Positions 1 through 12,856 of a stretch of 64,000 bases of DNA are shown piece by piece; positions within the stretch are counted from its first letter, which is position 1, and each line of letters starts with the position of its first letter. The stretch comes from Gemmatimonas sp. (lineage in GTDB: Bacteria; Gemmatimonadota; Gemmatimonadetes; Gemmatimonadales; Gemmatimonadaceae), in contig JANNVQ010000017.1 in the NCBI GenBank assembly GCA_031414535.1, positions 1 through 64,000 of the forward strand, in the 5' to 3' direction. The translations under genes were made by a program, and so were the position numbers. The notes under the pieces were generated by a model, which searched no databases, was not told the DNA's origin, and saw nothing but the letters and a program-made list of their open reading frames with translations.

Positions 1-159
1 CGCGGTGGTCGTGTGAAGGACCTTCCGGGCGTTCGTTACCACATCGTGCGCGGCAAGCTCGACGCATCCGGCGTTGCAGGGCGTAACAAGAGCCGCTCCA
101 AGTACGGGACCAAGAAGCCGAAGGCTGGTGCCCCGGCTGCTGGAGGTAAGAAGAAGTGA
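1..159 (+). CDS. rpsL: 30S ribosomal protein S12, 3' part (partial)
   Basis: Frame 1 reads [18 protein letters not shown]...SKYGTKKPK, stop TGA 157-159, overlapping the rpsG start. Confidence 0.97.
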   Translation, partial: RGGRVKDLPGVRYHIVRGKLDASGVAGRNKSRSKYGTKKPKAGAPAAGGKKK

Positions 160-626
160 GCCGCCGCAAATCAGCCGTAAAGCGCACCATCCTCCCGGAT
201 GCCCGCTATGACAGCCAGACTGTCTCCAAGTTCATCAACGTCCTGATGTATCAGGGCAAGAAGTCCACCGCCGAGCGCATTTTCTACGGCGCGATGGACA
301 TCGTCGAAGCCAAGGCGCAGCAGCCGGGCGTGACGGTCTTCAAGCAGGCGCTGACCAACCTCAAGCCGGTCGTCGAGGTGAAGTCCCGCCGCGTCGGCGG
401 TGCCACCTACCAGGTGCCCGTCGAAGTGCGTCCCGAGCGCCGCACGGCGCTGGCGATGCGTTGGTTGATCAGCTACTCGCGCGATCGCAACGAAAAGTCG
501 ATGGCGGAGAAGCTCTCGGCCGAAGTGCTCGCCGCCGCCAAGGGCGAAGGCAATGCGATCAAGAAGAAGGAAGACACGCACCGTATGGCTGAAGCGAATA
601 AGGCGTTCGCGCATTATCGCTGGTAG
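156..626 (+). CDS. rpsG: 30S ribosomal protein S7
   Basis: [12 protein letters not shown] and [15 protein letters not shown] motifs. Confidence 0.99.
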   Translation: MSRRKSAVKRTILPDARYDSQTVSKFINVLMYQGKKSTAERIFYGAMDIVEAKAQQPGVTVFKQALTNLKPVVEVKSRRVGGATYQVPVEVRPERRTALAMRWLISYSRDRNEKSMAEKLSAEVLAAAKGEGNAIKKKEDTHRMAEANKAFAHYRW

Positions 627-629
627 TAC

Positions 630-710
630 GACGGAAGACGGATGACGGAAGAGGGGCGGACCGATATCTCGGCCCGCCCCTCTTTTTTCATCCATCATCC
701 GTCATCCGTC
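630..710. repeat. 7-mer tandem inverted-repeat element (GACGGAW x3 ... complementary arm) enclosing a terminator
   Basis: gacggaa gacggat gacggaa at 630-650; tcatcca tcatccg tcatccg tc at 688-710. Confidence 0.85.
649..688 (+). terminator. Intrinsic terminator after rpsG
   Basis: aagaggggcgg-a-ccga tatc tcgg-c-ccgcccctctt followed by a T tract. Confidence 0.85.
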
Positions 711-723
711 CATGTGCTATCGC

Positions 724-1290
724 TCAGTTACTCCACGGCGGCTTCACGTTATTCGAGCGCGCATACGCAATCAGCTGCCCAAGATGCTCGTGCAGATGCC
801 CTACCGTCCCCGTCATCCCCTGAAGTCGCGTCGTCTGGGTGCCAAACCAATTGATGTTCTCGGTGAGGTTGGCATCCGTGTTCACGCCGATTGCGCGATG
901 CAGGTGTCCGAACGAGGCTTCGAGATCCGCGATGATTTGCGCCTTGGTGAGCCCGCGCCGGTTCTCAAAGGCTACAGCCGTGCCATAGTCGGCCGTGATA
1001 CCCGTGCCGCCTGGCGCCGGCGTGCCCATGTAGACCGGAAGGATGTAGTTATCCGCCGCGATGTGCTGCAGCACCTCGCCGACTGAGCGCACACCAGCCC
1101 CCGGGCGCCAGGCGTAAGCAGATTCCGGCATGGCGCCGGCCAAATCCATGATCTTCTTCTGCAGGTCATTCAAATCGCGGTGCATCACGCTCATAAAGCC
1201 CGCCTGCGCCTCAAGCTGGTTCGCCAGCGGTGCAGCCAGCGAGAGGACAAGGGTCAGCGAAAGTGCGGCAACAACACTGCGGCGACGCAT
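724..1290 (-). CDS. Exported DinB/DinB_2-family protein
   Basis: Signal peptide (RRR, hydrophobic core, AQA); WRP..G.RSVGEVLQHI and HLHEHLGQLIAYAR metal-binding His pattern; PPW C-terminus. Confidence 0.85.
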   Translation of the reverse strand: MRRRSVVAALSLTLVLSLAAPLANQLEAQAGFMSVMHRDLNDLQKKIMDLAGAMPESAYAWRPGAGVRSVGEVLQHIAADNYILPVYMGTPAPGGTGITADYGTAVAFENRRGLTKAQIIADLEASFGHLHRAIGVNTDANLTENINWFGTQTTRLQGMTGTVGHLHEHLGQLIAYARSNNVKPPWSN

Positions 1291-1476
1291 CGGAGCTCCA
1301 AGGGATGGTTGAGTTGGTCGAGCTACCCCCAGACGCTACGCCTTCGTCACGCCCTCAGCAACAGGGAAAATCGGTGCCATCGCCGCCAAGGAAGGGGACC
1401 CGAGCGCGGTATTCCAAAAGAAAATACAGCTTAAGCCATTGCCAGTAAAGCACTTATGTGATTGCAACGCTGGGAG

Positions 1477-1511
1477 CCCTTCGTGCCTCCGTGGTGCTAG
1501 CAGTTGCCGCT
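1477..1511. repeat. Lone right arm of the 8-mer palindromic element
   Basis: cccttcgtgcctccgtggtg ctagcagttgccgct matches the right arms at 21828-21856 and 27265-27306. Confidence 0.7.
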
Positions 1512-1566
1512 CCAAAGCGTCCACCCCCAACCGACCGGCCACGCACAGCTAGGTGCTTGCCCTGCC

Positions 1567-1594
1567 TTGACTTCCGCCTAAAACCGGATACTTT
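1567..1594 (+). promoter_or_regulatory. Putative sigma70 promoter for fusA-tuf-S10-spc
   Basis: TTGACT-N16-TACTTT; a promoter is needed because rpsG is terminated and an antisense gene intervenes. Confidence 0.6.
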
Positions 1595-1596
1595 CC

Positions 1597-1945
1597 TCGG
1601 GCTACGGTGAAACGCCCCCAAAAGGCGCATCTCTGTAGTTGTGTTCGGAAGGATTGAACACACCGGAGTACTGCGTTCCGGAAAGATGGGCCCGCCTACG
1701 TCGGCACCAATGACGCGCGGGGGGAGTGGACAGCCCGATCTATCCCGCTTTGGATACTCAAAGCGCCAAGATTCCCGAAAAGCACGCAGGACAATTGAAC
1801 GTCAGGGGATCGTTCCTGTTTGCCCCTGATGCGCCTTCGGTCCCCAGTCGCGCTGCAGCGGCGACTGTACCTGGCGATTGCGGATGGAAACCGGTCCCCC
1901 GGATGCTGTTTTGGGGGGGATGCCTGGTCCAGCCGCGTTTTTGTT
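1597..1945 (+). ncRNA. Candidate structured 5' leader / cis-regulatory RNA upstream of fusA
   Basis: At least eight consecutive hairpins visible by eye, the last followed by TTTTT; no known family recognised. Confidence 0.45.
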
Positions 1946-1978
1946 CCCCATACGTCTTCTCTAAGCCTTACTGATTCG

Positions 1979-4096
<2,118 letters not shown>

Positions 4097-4103
4097 GTAG
4101 AAG

Positions 4104-4117
4104 GACGGAAGACGGAA
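4104..4117 (+). repeat. Lone left arm of the 7-mer element between fusA and tuf
   Basis: gacggaa gacggaa. Confidence 0.5.
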
Positions 4118-4166
4118 GCGACACACAGACTGCACGACAAACACCAACACCTCTCAGGACGAAATA

Positions 4167-5369
<1,203 letters not shown>

Positions 5370-5429
5370 CAACAATCGGGCGCATTCGGGGGGCGGGACC
5401 GCCTCCTGAGTGCGACCAGTGGAGAATCA

Positions 5430-5738
5430 ATGGCTGGACGTATTCGCATCCGACTGAAGGCATTCGATCACGCCGTGATCGACCAGGCATCAGCGGACAT
5501 CGTGAGAACCGCAGAAAAGACGGGGGCGCAGGTCTCCGGTCCGATCCCGCTTCCCACGAAGACGCAGCGCTGGACGGTCCTCCGTTCGCCGCACGTTGAC
5601 AAGAAGTCGCGTGAGCAGTTCGAGCTCAAGACGCACAAGCGCGTGATTGACATCCTGGATAGCAAGGCAGTTACTGTCGATGCGCTGACCAAGTTGGACC
5701 TTCCCGCCGGTGTGGACGTCGAAATCAAGGTTGAGTAG
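5430..5738 (+). CDS. rpsJ: 30S ribosomal protein S10
   Basis: [29 protein letters not shown]. Confidence 0.99.
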   Translation: MAGRIRIRLKAFDHAVIDQASADIVRTAEKTGAQVSGPIPLPTKTQRWTVLRSPHVDKKSREQFELKTHKRVIDILDSKAVTVDALTKLDLPAGVDVEIKVE

Positions 5739-5750
5739 CAACCAGATAGT

Positions 5751-5828
5751 GGACGGAAGACGGATGACGGATGCAAACAGCACCGTCGGAAACGATCGCA
5801 GTGAGCATCCGTCCTCCGTCATCCGTCC
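5751..5828. repeat. 7-mer tandem inverted-repeat element between rpsJ and rplC
   Basis: g-gacggaa gacggat gacggat-gc ... gc-atccgtc ctccgtc atccgtc-c. Confidence 0.9.
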
Positions 5829-5910
5829 CTTATCTGAAAGTCCTCCGGCATCAGCGGATTGAGCAAGTGGCTCCACCGCGCCGCGACTAACTGAACGAGT
5901 GAGCTCAAGA

Positions 5911-6594
5911 ATGATTGGCATTATCGGGAAGAAGCTGGGCATGACCCAGATCTTCAATGAGAAGGGGGAGCAGATCCCCTGCACGGTGGTAGAGGCCACT
6001 CCGAATCCGGTGACGAAGATTGTCACGACGGAAGCGGCTGGCTTTGCCTCGGTGGAGTTGGGCTATGGCGCGCAGCGCTTGGCTCGCGAATCGAAGAAGG
6101 GAGAGCGTACGCCGAAGGGTCGTCGCGCGAACAAGGCAGAGATCGGTCACGCCAAGAAGGCTGGCCTCGAGGCTCCGCCAGCCGTGTTGCGTTCCTTCCG
6201 GCTTGACGATGCGCCTGGGAAGAACCCCGAAGTGCCGACGTACAACCTCGGCGACGTGATCAAGGTTGACATCTTCACGCCTGGCGAGATGGTGAAGGTC
6301 ACTGGCACGTCGAAGGGTCGTGGTTTCCAGGGCGTGGTGAAGCGTTATGGCTTTGGTGGCGGTCCCAACACGCACGGCAACACGAAGCACCGCCGTCCGG
6401 GTTCCATCGGACCGGGCACCGACCCGTCGCGCGTCATTAAGGGCAAGAAGATGCCGGGCCACTACGGCGCCGAGCGTCATACCCAGATCAATCTCCGCGT
6501 CGAGAAGATCGATGCAGAGCGCAATCTGATCTATATCCGCGGTAGCGTGGCCGGCCCGACCAACGGGATCGTGCTCGTCCGCAAGCAGGGATAA
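5911..6594 (+). CDS. rplC: 50S ribosomal protein L3
   Basis: GKKLGMTQIF, SKGRGFQGVVKR, RRPGSIG, GKKMPGH; ATG 5911. Confidence 0.99.
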   Translation: MIGIIGKKLGMTQIFNEKGEQIPCTVVEATPNPVTKIVTTEAAGFASVELGYGAQRLARESKKGERTPKGRRANKAEIGHAKKAGLEAPPAVLRSFRLDDAPGKNPEVPTYNLGDVIKVDIFTPGEMVKVTGTSKGRGFQGVVKRYGFGGGPNTHGNTKHRRPGSIGPGTDPSRVIKGKKMPGHYGAERHTQINLRVEKIDAERNLIYIRGSVAGPTNGIVLVRKQG

Positions 6595-6597
6595 CCG

Positions 6598-7473
6598 ATG
6601 CCAGAGACTATGAACTACGAAGCCGCGACGTTTACGGCGCTTGGGACCCCGCGTACCGCGGTGGCCCTGCCGGCGGCGACGTTCGATGGCACGATCAACA
6701 TGCCGGTGATGCACCAGGCCGTGAAGGCGATTCTCGCCAACCAGCGCCAGGGCACTCACTCCACCAAGACCCGCGGTTTGGTCGTCGGTGGCAATCAGAA
6801 GCCGTGGAAGCAGAAGGGCACCGGCCGCGCCCGTCAGGGCTCGACCCGCGCCCCGCACTTCGTCGGCGGTGGTACGGTCTTCGGTCCGCGTCCGCGTGGC
6901 TACGAGCAGAAGGTCCCGCGTCAGATCAAGGCGCTTGCTCGCAAGTCGGCGTTCAACGCGAGGGCTCGTGAGAACTCGGTGATGGTGATCGACCGCTTCA
7001 CGTATGATGCGCCGAAGACGGCGCAACTCGTGCAGCTGTTGGCGCGTCTCGACGCCACGCACAAGAAGACGCTCATCCTTACGGATGGCGTGAAGACCAA
7101 CGTTTACCTCTCGGGCCGCAACATCCCGAACGTCATCGTGCTGCCGTACAGCGACGCCTCGACCTACGACATCCTCTGGTCGGACATCGTGCTCGTCGAA
7201 GCTGGCGCGATTGGCCACGAGCTGTCGCCCGTGACGGAGAAGGCAGTGGAGAAGGTGAAGGTGTCGAAGGCTCCGGCCAAGAAGGCGTCGAAGGCCAAGG
7301 CCGAGAAGGCTGAAGCCAAGGCGACGAAGTCCGTCGCCAAGAAGGCCGCGGCGAAGAAGGCTGCTCCTAAGGCGGCTACTAAGAAGGCTGTGCCAGCCAA
7401 GAAGGCCGCTGCGAAGCCTACCGCCAAGAAGGCGGCAGCTAAGAAGGCGGCCCCCAAGAAGAAGGGGAAGTAA
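6598..7473 (+). CDS. rplD: 50S ribosomal protein L4 with Lys/Ala-rich C-terminal tail
   Basis: RQGTHSTKTR, KPWKQKGTGRARQGS; ~75-aa AKK-rich extension. Confidence 0.98.
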   Translation: MPETMNYEAATFTALGTPRTAVALPAATFDGTINMPVMHQAVKAILANQRQGTHSTKTRGLVVGGNQKPWKQKGTGRARQGSTRAPHFVGGGTVFGPRPRGYEQKVPRQIKALARKSAFNARARENSVMVIDRFTYDAPKTAQLVQLLARLDATHKKTLILTDGVKTNVYLSGRNIPNVIVLPYSDASTYDILWSDIVLVEAGAIGHELSPVTEKAVEKVKVSKAPAKKASKAKAEKAEAKATKSVAKKAAAKKAAPKAATKKAVPAKKAAAKPTAKKAAAKKAAPKKKGK

Positions 7474-7476
7474 CCG

Positions 7477-7764
7477 ATGGCCACTCTGCATCGCACCATC
7501 GTGCGCCCGATCGTCACCGAGAAGTCGTCGGCAGCGTATCAGGAGCGCGGCGAATACACGTTCGAGGTTCATCCGACCGCCAACAAGACGGCCATCAAGC
7601 AGGCGATTGAACGCCTGTTCGGTGTGAGCGTCACGGGCGTCTGGACTTCACAGCAGCGCGGGAAGCCGCGGCGCGTCGGCACATCTGCCGGCCTGCGTCC
7701 CCGCTGGAAGAAGGCAATCGTAACGCTGAAGGCTGGCGATTCGATTGAGATCTTCGAGGGTTAA
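7477..7764 (+). CDS. rplW: 50S ribosomal protein L23
   Basis: [15 protein letters not shown]; operon position. Confidence 0.98.
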   Translation: MATLHRTIVRPIVTEKSSAAYQERGEYTFEVHPTANKTAIKQAIERLFGVSVTGVWTSQQRGKPRRVGTSAGLRPRWKKAIVTLKAGDSIEIFEG

Positions 7765-7769
7765 GGGAA

Positions 7770-8603
7770 ATGGGAATCCGTAATTTCAAGCCGGTAACGG
7801 CTGCCACGCGGTTCCGCTCCGTCTCGGATAACGCCGAGATCACGCGGACCACGCCGGAGAAGTCGCTCACCGAGCCGCTCAAGAAGAGCGGGGGTCGCGA
7901 CAACCACGGCCACATCTCGATGCGTCGCCTCGGCGGCGGTCATAAGCGCAAGTATCGCGTGATTGACTTCAAGCGGAACAAGCACGGTATGACGGCTACG
8001 GTCGAGCATATCGAGTACGATCCGAACCGCTCCGCTCGTATCGCCCTCGTGGTGTACGAGGACGGCGAGAAGCGCTACGTCCTGCATCCGAAGGGACTCG
8101 CAGTTGGCGATAAGATTGTCAGCGGCAAGGGTGCCGACGTGCGTTTGGGCAATGCGCTGCCGTTGCGCGAAGTGCCGCTCGGTACCGACGTGCACAACGT
8201 CGAGATGAAGCCCGGCAAGGGCGGCCAGCTGGCTCGCTCAGCTGGTACCAGTGTGCAGGTCGTGGCGAAGGAAGGCGAGTACGTGACCCTGCGTATGGCC
8301 TCCACGGAAATGCGCATGATTCACGGCGACTGCCTCGGTACGATTGGCGAGGTTGGCAACGCCGAGCACGAACTGATTTCGTGGGGCAAGGCTGGCAAGA
8401 CCCGTTGGCTGGGGCGCCGTCCGAAGGTCCGCGGTGAAGTCATGAACCCGGTGGATCACCCGCACGGTGGCCGTACACGCGGCGGTCGTAACGTGGTGAG
8501 CCCCTGGGGCAAGAAGGAAGGCGTCAAGACGCGCAACAAGAAGAAGGCGTCGACGCGCCTGATTGTCCGTGGCCGGAAGCGCGGCAAGGCCACCCAGAGC
8601 TGA
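7770..8603 (+). CDS. rplB: 50S ribosomal protein L2
   Basis: [32 protein letters not shown]. Confidence 0.99.
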   Translation: MGIRNFKPVTAATRFRSVSDNAEITRTTPEKSLTEPLKKSGGRDNHGHISMRRLGGGHKRKYRVIDFKRNKHGMTATVEHIEYDPNRSARIALVVYEDGEKRYVLHPKGLAVGDKIVSGKGADVRLGNALPLREVPLGTDVHNVEMKPGKGGQLARSAGTSVQVVAKEGEYVTLRMASTEMRMIHGDCLGTIGEVGNAEHELISWGKAGKTRWLGRRPKVRGEVMNPVDHPHGGRTRGGRNVVSPWGKKEGVKTRNKKKASTRLIVRGRKRGKATQS

Positions 8604-8619
8604 TCCAGGAAACCAATAA

Positions 8620-8940
8620 ATGTCACGCTCAATCAAGAAGGGCCCGTTCATTCAGGATGCGTTGTTGAAGCGCGTCGTCGCGATGAACGCCAAGAACGAG
8701 AAGAAGGTCGTCAAGACCTGGTCGCGCGCGAGCACGGTGATCCCAGAGTTCGTGGGTCACACGTTCGCCGTGCACAACGGGAACAAGTTCATCCCGGTGT
8801 ACGTCACCGAGAACATGGTCGGGCACAAGCTCGGCGAGTTCTCGCCGACGCGCCTCTTCCGTGGCCACACTGGCAACAACAAGACGGACAAGAAGGCGGC
8901 GCCGGCTCAGTCGTCCGCTCCGGCCAAGGGAGGCAAGTAA
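8620..8940 (+). CDS. rpsS: 30S ribosomal protein S19
   Basis: [26 protein letters not shown]. Confidence 0.99.
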   Translation: MSRSIKKGPFIQDALLKRVVAMNAKNEKKVVKTWSRASTVIPEFVGHTFAVHNGNKFIPVYVTENMVGHKLGEFSPTRLFRGHTGNNKTDKKAAPAQSSAPAKGGK

Positions 8941-8943
8941 GCC

Positions 8944-9303
8944 ATGACCGAAGCACGGGCTATCCAGCGGTCGACGCGTCAGTCGCCGTACAAGATGCGC
9001 CTGGTCATTGACCAGATCCGCGGTCTCGGGGTGAACGATGCGTTGGCGCTGCTGAAGTTCAGCAAGAAGCACGCGTCGCACGAAATCTCAAAGGTGCTCA
9101 ACAGCGCCGTCGCGAACGCCGAACAGGCCGCTCGCAACGCGAATGCGTCACTCGATGTGGACTCGCTCTACATCAAGCTTGCAATTGTTAATGAAGGTGT
9201 GAAGCTCAAGCGGTGGACGCCTGCGGCGATGGGCCGGGCGACGCCAATGCACAAGCGAACCAGCCACGTGGAAATCATCGTGGCCGAGAAGGAAGGTCGA
9301 TAA
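8944..9303 (+). CDS. rplV: 50S ribosomal protein L22
   Basis: [29 protein letters not shown]. Confidence 0.98.
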   Translation: MTEARAIQRSTRQSPYKMRLVIDQIRGLGVNDALALLKFSKKHASHEISKVLNSAVANAEQAARNANASLDVDSLYIKLAIVNEGVKLKRWTPAAMGRATPMHKRTSHVEIIVAEKEGR

Positions 9304-9968
9304 TGGGACAGAAGACGCATCCGATCGGCTTCCGCCTTGGCGTGAGCACGACGCATCGCTCCAAGTGGTACGCCAACGCCAAGGACTTCCCTGGTCTTAT
9401 CAAGGAAGACGCCTTGCTTCGTAAGTATCTGAAGGCGCGCCTTGCTGGCGCCGCCATCAGCGACATCACCATCGAGCGGAAGCCGGGGAAGGTCGTCGTG
9501 ACCATCCACACGGGCCGCCCGGGCGTGGTGATCGGCAAGAAGGGCCAGGCGGTTGAGGAGCTCAAGACCGAGCTTCAGCAGCTGACCGGCAAGGAAGTCG
9601 GTGTGAACGTCGAAGAGATCAAGCGCCCGGAGATCGAGGCGCAGCTCGTCGCCGACAACATCTCGGCGCAGCTCGCACAGCGTATCTCGTTCCGTCGCGC
9701 GATGAAGCGTGCGGTGCAGAGCGCCATGCGTATGGGCGCCGAAGGCATCAAGGTGAAGTGCTCGGGCCGTCTCGGCGGTGCCGAAATCGCGCGCGTGGAA
9801 GGCTATCACGAGGGTCGTGTGCCGCTCCATACGCTGCGCGCCGATATCAACTATGCGACGTCAACTGCGAAGACCACCTTTGGCACCATCGGTGTGAAGG
9901 TCTGGATCTTCAAGGGTGAGGTCGTCGAGGGGCGTCGTGGTGCATCCACGTACTCCTCTGACGCGTAA
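9303..9968 (+). CDS. rpsC: 30S ribosomal protein S3
   Basis: [36 protein letters not shown] 9303 overlaps the rplV stop. Confidence 0.99.
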   Translation: MGQKTHPIGFRLGVSTTHRSKWYANAKDFPGLIKEDALLRKYLKARLAGAAISDITIERKPGKVVVTIHTGRPGVVIGKKGQAVEELKTELQQLTGKEVGVNVEEIKRPEIEAQLVADNISAQLAQRISFRRAMKRAVQSAMRMGAEGIKVKCSGRLGGAEIARVEGYHEGRVPLHTLRADINYATSTAKTTFGTIGVKVWIFKGEVVEGRRGASTYSSDA

Positions 9969-9981
9969 GGGGAACTGAACA

Positions 9982-10399
<418 letters not shown>

Positions 10400-10410
<11 letters not shown>

Positions 10411-10606
10411 TCAAATCAGGGAACTGAGCGGGGATGAGATCCGCGCTCGCCTGGCCGAGCTGGAGGAGGAGCGCTTCCGTCTCCGCTTCCGGGGTGCAAC
10501 CGAAGCGCTGAGCAATCCGCTCCGCATGCGGACGATCCGCCGCGACATCGCGCGGCTTCAGACCGTGCTCGCCGAGAAAGGCGAGCGCATGGAGGCCGCG
10601 CGCTAA
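10400..10606 (+). CDS. rpmC: 50S ribosomal protein L29
   Basis: [14 protein letters not shown]; operon position. Confidence 0.97.
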
Positions 10607-10626
10607 CGCGCGCGAGTAAATAACAG

Positions 10627-10908
10627 ATGGCTGAGACCGTAAAGACCGCCGCTCCCGCCCGCACTGCACGCAAGGTGCGTCAGGGCCTGGTTGTGAGTGA
10701 TAAGATGGACAAGACAATCGTGGTCGCGATCGAGCGTCGCGTGCCGCATCCCGTCTATGGGAAGATGGTGACCAAGACCAAGCGCCTGAAGGCGCACGAC
10801 GAGTCTAACTCGGCGAAGGTCGGCGACACTGTCCGCATCGTCGAGACCCGCCCGCTGTCGAAGGACAAGCGGTTCCGGTTGCTCGAGATCGTCGACCGCG
10901 CGCGCTAA
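10627..10908 (+). CDS. rpsQ: 30S ribosomal protein S17
   Basis: [27 protein letters not shown]. Confidence 0.99.
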   Translation: MAETVKTAAPARTARKVRQGLVVSDKMDKTIVVAIERRVPHPVYGKMVTKTKRLKAHDESNSAKVGDTVRIVETRPLSKDKRFRLLEIVDRAR

Positions 10909-10921
10909 GAGGAACTGACTA

Positions 10922-11290
10922 ATGATCCAGCAAGAATCAGTCGTGAAGGTTGCGGACAACTCGGGCGCCAAAAAGGCCCTCGTGATCCGCGTCCTCGGTG
11001 GAACGCGCAAGCGCTACGCCAGCCTTGGTGACAAGGTTGTGGTGGCCGTGAAGGACGCGCTACCGAATGGCACCGTCAAGAAGTCCGACGTAGCCAAGGG
11101 CGTCGTCGTGCGCACCGTGAAGGAAGTGCGTCGCAAGGACGGCAGCTACATCAAGTTCGACGAGAACGCCATCGTCATCATTGATGACAAGGGCGAGCCG
11201 CGCGCCACGCGCATCTTCGGGCCGGTGGCCCGCGAGCTCCGCGAGAAGCGCTATATGAAGATCGTGTCGTTGGCCCCTGAGGTGTTGTAA
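10922..11290 (+). CDS. rplN: 50S ribosomal protein L14
   Basis: [30 protein letters not shown]. Confidence 0.99.
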   Translation: MIQQESVVKVADNSGAKKALVIRVLGGTRKRYASLGDKVVVAVKDALPNGTVKKSDVAKGVVVRTVKEVRRKDGSYIKFDENAIVIIDDKGEPRATRIFGPVARELREKRYMKIVSLAPEVL

Positions 11291-11293
11291 GCC

Positions 11294-11692
11294 ATGCGTA
11301 TTCTTACTCATCGCAAGACCCGCGGACAGAAGAACGTCACGCGTCACCAGCGCAACGCCGAGCGCGTCGTCACCAAGATCACCAAGGGTGACACGGTGCG
11401 TGTGCTGCGCGGCGACGACAAGGGCAAGGAAGGGAAGGTCATCACGGTGCACCTGAAGAAGGGCCGCGTGACGATTGATGGGATCAACATTGTGAAGAAG
11501 CATCGCCGCGCGCGTACGGCCGAGGAGCAGTCGGGCATCATCGAGATGCCGGCCCCGGTCGATTTGTCGAACGTGATGTTGTTGGATCCGAAGTCGGGTG
11601 AGCCGACGCGCGTCCGCGCGCGGATTGACGCCGACGGTACGAAGGAGCGCATCAGCGCAAAGAGCGGGCAAGCTATCCCGCGCGTACGCTGA
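11294..11692 (+). CDS. rplX: 50S ribosomal protein L24
   Basis: KGDTVRVLRGDDKGKEGKV KOW motif; SNVML. Confidence 0.97.
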   Translation: MRILTHRKTRGQKNVTRHQRNAERVVTKITKGDTVRVLRGDDKGKEGKVITVHLKKGRVTIDGINIVKKHRRARTAEEQSGIIEMPAPVDLSNVMLLDPKSGEPTRVRARIDADGTKERISAKSGQAIPRVR

Positions 11693-11706
11693 GCGAGGAC
11701 TGACCA

Positions 11707-12378
11707 ATGGCGACGACTAAGACGCAGGAAAAGAAGAAGAGCGGTGGACAGGGCGAGAAGCGCCAGTCCATGCTGCCGAAGGACCACGCGGGCAAGGACC
11801 TTGCGGTTCAGCCCCCGCGCCTGAAGGCACACTATGTGAAGGTCGTGCGTGCGAAGCTCATGAGCCAGTTTGGGCTCAAGAACCCGCACCAGGTCCCGAA
11901 TCTCACCAAGATCACGTTGAACGTGGGCATGGGTGAGGCCATCAAGCAGCCGAAGATTCTCGATGCGATTGTTGATGAGCTTGCGGTGATTGCCGGCCAG
12001 AAGCCGCTGCGCACCAAGGCCAAGAAGAGCATCGCAAACTATGGCCAGCGCGAAGGCCAGGACATCGGCGTGTCGGTGACGCTGCGTGGCGCCCGGATGT
12101 GGGAATTCCTCGACCGATTCATTTCGGCCGCGATCCCGCGTATCCGCGACTTCCGCGGTCTCTCCACGCGTTCGTTTGACGGCCGCGGCAACTACAGCCT
12201 CGGCGTCAAGGAACAGATGATTTTCCCCGAGATCAATTACGATCTCGTTGAGCAGATCCACGGAATGGACATCACGTTCGTGACAACCACGAACCGCGAC
12301 GACCTCGCGTTTGCGCTCCTGCGCGAACTCGGGATGCCGTTCCGCGGCGATGACAAGCCCATCGTCGTCCAAGGCTGA
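11707..12378 (+). CDS. rplE: 50S ribosomal protein L5
   Basis: KITLNVGMG, PRIRDFRG, FDGRGNYSLG, IFPEI. Confidence 0.99.
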   Translation: MATTKTQEKKKSGGQGEKRQSMLPKDHAGKDLAVQPPRLKAHYVKVVRAKLMSQFGLKNPHQVPNLTKITLNVGMGEAIKQPKILDAIVDELAVIAGQKPLRTKAKKSIANYGQREGQDIGVSVTLRGARMWEFLDRFISAAIPRIRDFRGLSTRSFDGRGNYSLGVKEQMIFPEINYDLVEQIHGMDITFVTTTNRDDLAFALLRELGMPFRGDDKPIVVQG

Positions 12379-12385
12379 GGAAACC

Positions 12386-12691
12386 ATGGCAAAGAAGAGC
12401 ACCGTCAATAAGAACGAGCGTCGCAAGCAGATGGCGGCGAAGCAGGCTCCGAAGCGCAAGGCGCTCGGTGCCATCGTGAAGTCCGTCACTGCCTCGGACG
12501 AGGAGAAGCGCGCAGCGCAGGTTGCGTTGCAGAAGCTTCCGCGCAATGGGGCGAAGGTCCGCGTTCGCCACCGTTGCCAGATGACCGGCCGTAGCCGCGG
12601 AAATCTCAGGGCGTTTGGGCTGAGCCGTATGGCGTTCCGAGAGATGGCTCTTCAGGGCCTGATTCCCGGCGTCAAGAAGGCGAGCTGGTAA
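12386..12691 (+). CDS. rpsN: 30S ribosomal protein S14 (101-aa non-zinc-ribbon type)
   Basis: MAKKS, LPRN, RCQMTGRSRG, PGVKKASW; ATG 12386. Confidence 0.97.
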   Translation: MAKKSTVNKNERRKQMAAKQAPKRKALGAIVKSVTASDEEKRAAQVALQKLPRNGAKVRVRHRCQMTGRSRGNLRAFGLSRMAFREMALQGLIPGVKKASW

Positions 12692-12693
12692 CG

Positions 12694-12746
12694 GGACGGA
12701 TGACGGATGACGGACGCTTTTAGCATCCGTCTTCCGTCGTCCGTCC
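12694..12746. repeat. 7-mer tandem inverted-repeat element after rpsN
   Basis: g-gacggat gacggat gacggac-gct ttt agc-atccgtc ttccgtc gtccgtc-c. Confidence 0.9.
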
Positions 12747-12856
12747 AGTAGTACCCCCTGAGTGCAGGCCGGACCGCACGCCGCGACCGGAACCACACTC
12801 ACCCCTTCCTACAGGTCCGGCAGATGCCGGAAACCAGAGGAGCTTAGGTACCTAGT

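Noticed and set aside
1597..1945. Leader as RNase P RNA, tmRNA, SRP RNA or tRNA
   Set aside because: No GAGGAAAGUCC, tRNA-like ends or T-loop, or SRP core motif seen
1820..1978. 53-aa N-terminal extension of EF-G from TTG 1820
   Set aside because: Non-homologous sequence overlapping the structured leader; ATG 1979 gives a normal N-terminus
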